A stretch of 63,874 nt of DNA, filler included, from Reticulomyxa filosa (taxonomy: Eukaryota; Protista; Foraminifera): the NCBI GenBank assembly GCA_000512085.1. It is 17 parts of 17 records of this genome, joined end to end, with 100 filler letters (N's around TTAATTAATTAA, not from the genome) between each part and the next. Parts side by side here need not be neighbours in the genome. Positions count along the whole stretch, not along the records: positions 62,511 to 63,874 come from ASPP01021466.1; 16 more parts are not named here. The stretch is one strand, 5' to 3'. The notes under the pieces were generated by a model. The model searched no databases. It saw only the letters and a list, made by a program, of their open reading frames with translations, and was not told the origin of the DNA. Position numbers and translations under genes: made by a program. Of the stretch, positions 63,250 through 63,874 are shown piece by piece; within the stretch, counting starts at the first letter, position 1; each line of letters starts with the position of its first letter.

Positions 63250-63750
63250 CAATTAAAAACCACTAAAATTGGTCCCAATTGAAAAAGGTAAATATCCAGT
63301 GTTGTTGCCAATGGAAAAAGTGTTCAAGCGCGTGTCGTCTTCAACAGTTCTTTGAGTATTAGTTTCTAAGCGATTCCAGAACCGAGACTTGCAATCCAAT
63401 CTGAAGCAGTGAATATATAAACAACCGAATGCATTAAATATTCAACACTTGTATAAGAGATCGTACACAAAACCATACCCTCCAGACATAAAGCAAGTAT
63501 CGACTGGAGATGATGCTATTGCTGTGACGGGTGATTTATGGTCTTTGCATTTTCCGATCAATTTTCCACTATTTGTTTCCTTTTTGTTTGCCGATAATAA
63601 AATGCATATTATTAATTTTCGTGTATCTACTTGGGACATATGAACAGAAAAGAGACATACAAATATGAATATTCTATTGGTTGTATCAGAGGAGCAAATT
63701 ACTTGCTCGTCATTATGGGAAAATATTGCCTGAGATGGAACATTCTATGA
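63250..63750 (-). pseudogene. Degenerate WD40 fragment
   Basis: GKLIGKCKDHKSPVTAIASSPVDTCFMSGG. Confidence 0.45.
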
Positions 63751-63874
63751 ATATGCAAGTTCACACACACACAATATAATGCATATGAACATACATATAT
63801 AGTCTTTTTTTTTTAATCAAATAAAACAACAAGATATATAAATATATACCAAAAAAAAAAAAAAAAGAGATCCA

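Overview
This window is not one continuous locus. It is 17 short contig pieces joined by 16 artificial 100-bp spacers (44 N + TTAATTAATTAA + 44 N). Sixteen pieces come from an AT-rich, intron-rich eukaryote with many microsatellites and homopolymer indels. The expanded WD40 and RING/TRAF-like families and the sequence style suggest the foraminiferan Reticulomyxa filosa (inference, not verified). One piece (46321-47389) is GC-rich bacterial DNA carrying mutM and an enoyl-CoA hydratase, likely alphaproteobacterial. Recognisable genes: Bub2/Cdc16-like TBC GAP, plant-type vacuolar sorting receptor, CAP/Srv2, PP2C, a coiled-coil/FN3 protein, a telobox-like Myb protein, a kinesin-6-like motor, a 7TM-RGS-like protein, an ABHD11-like hydrolase, RasGAP, V-ATPase subunit a and a GH3 glycosidase. 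There are also several WD40 pseudogenes, LINE remnants and a TA-flanked MITE family with about 9 full or partial copies. The strongest candidates for something new: (1) a kinesin-6-like motor that I can splice by hand, via GT-AG introns, to a C-terminal SAP domain and an aromatic-cage BAH domain, i.e. a putative chromatin-reading motor; (2) two GC-rich, hairpin-dense non-coding modules (17.7-18.9 kb) with co-linear mutual complementarity, followed by a tRNA primer-binding-site-like sequence; (3) a LINE whose endonuclease is joined in frame to the C-terminal zinc-finger region with RT and RNase H missing.
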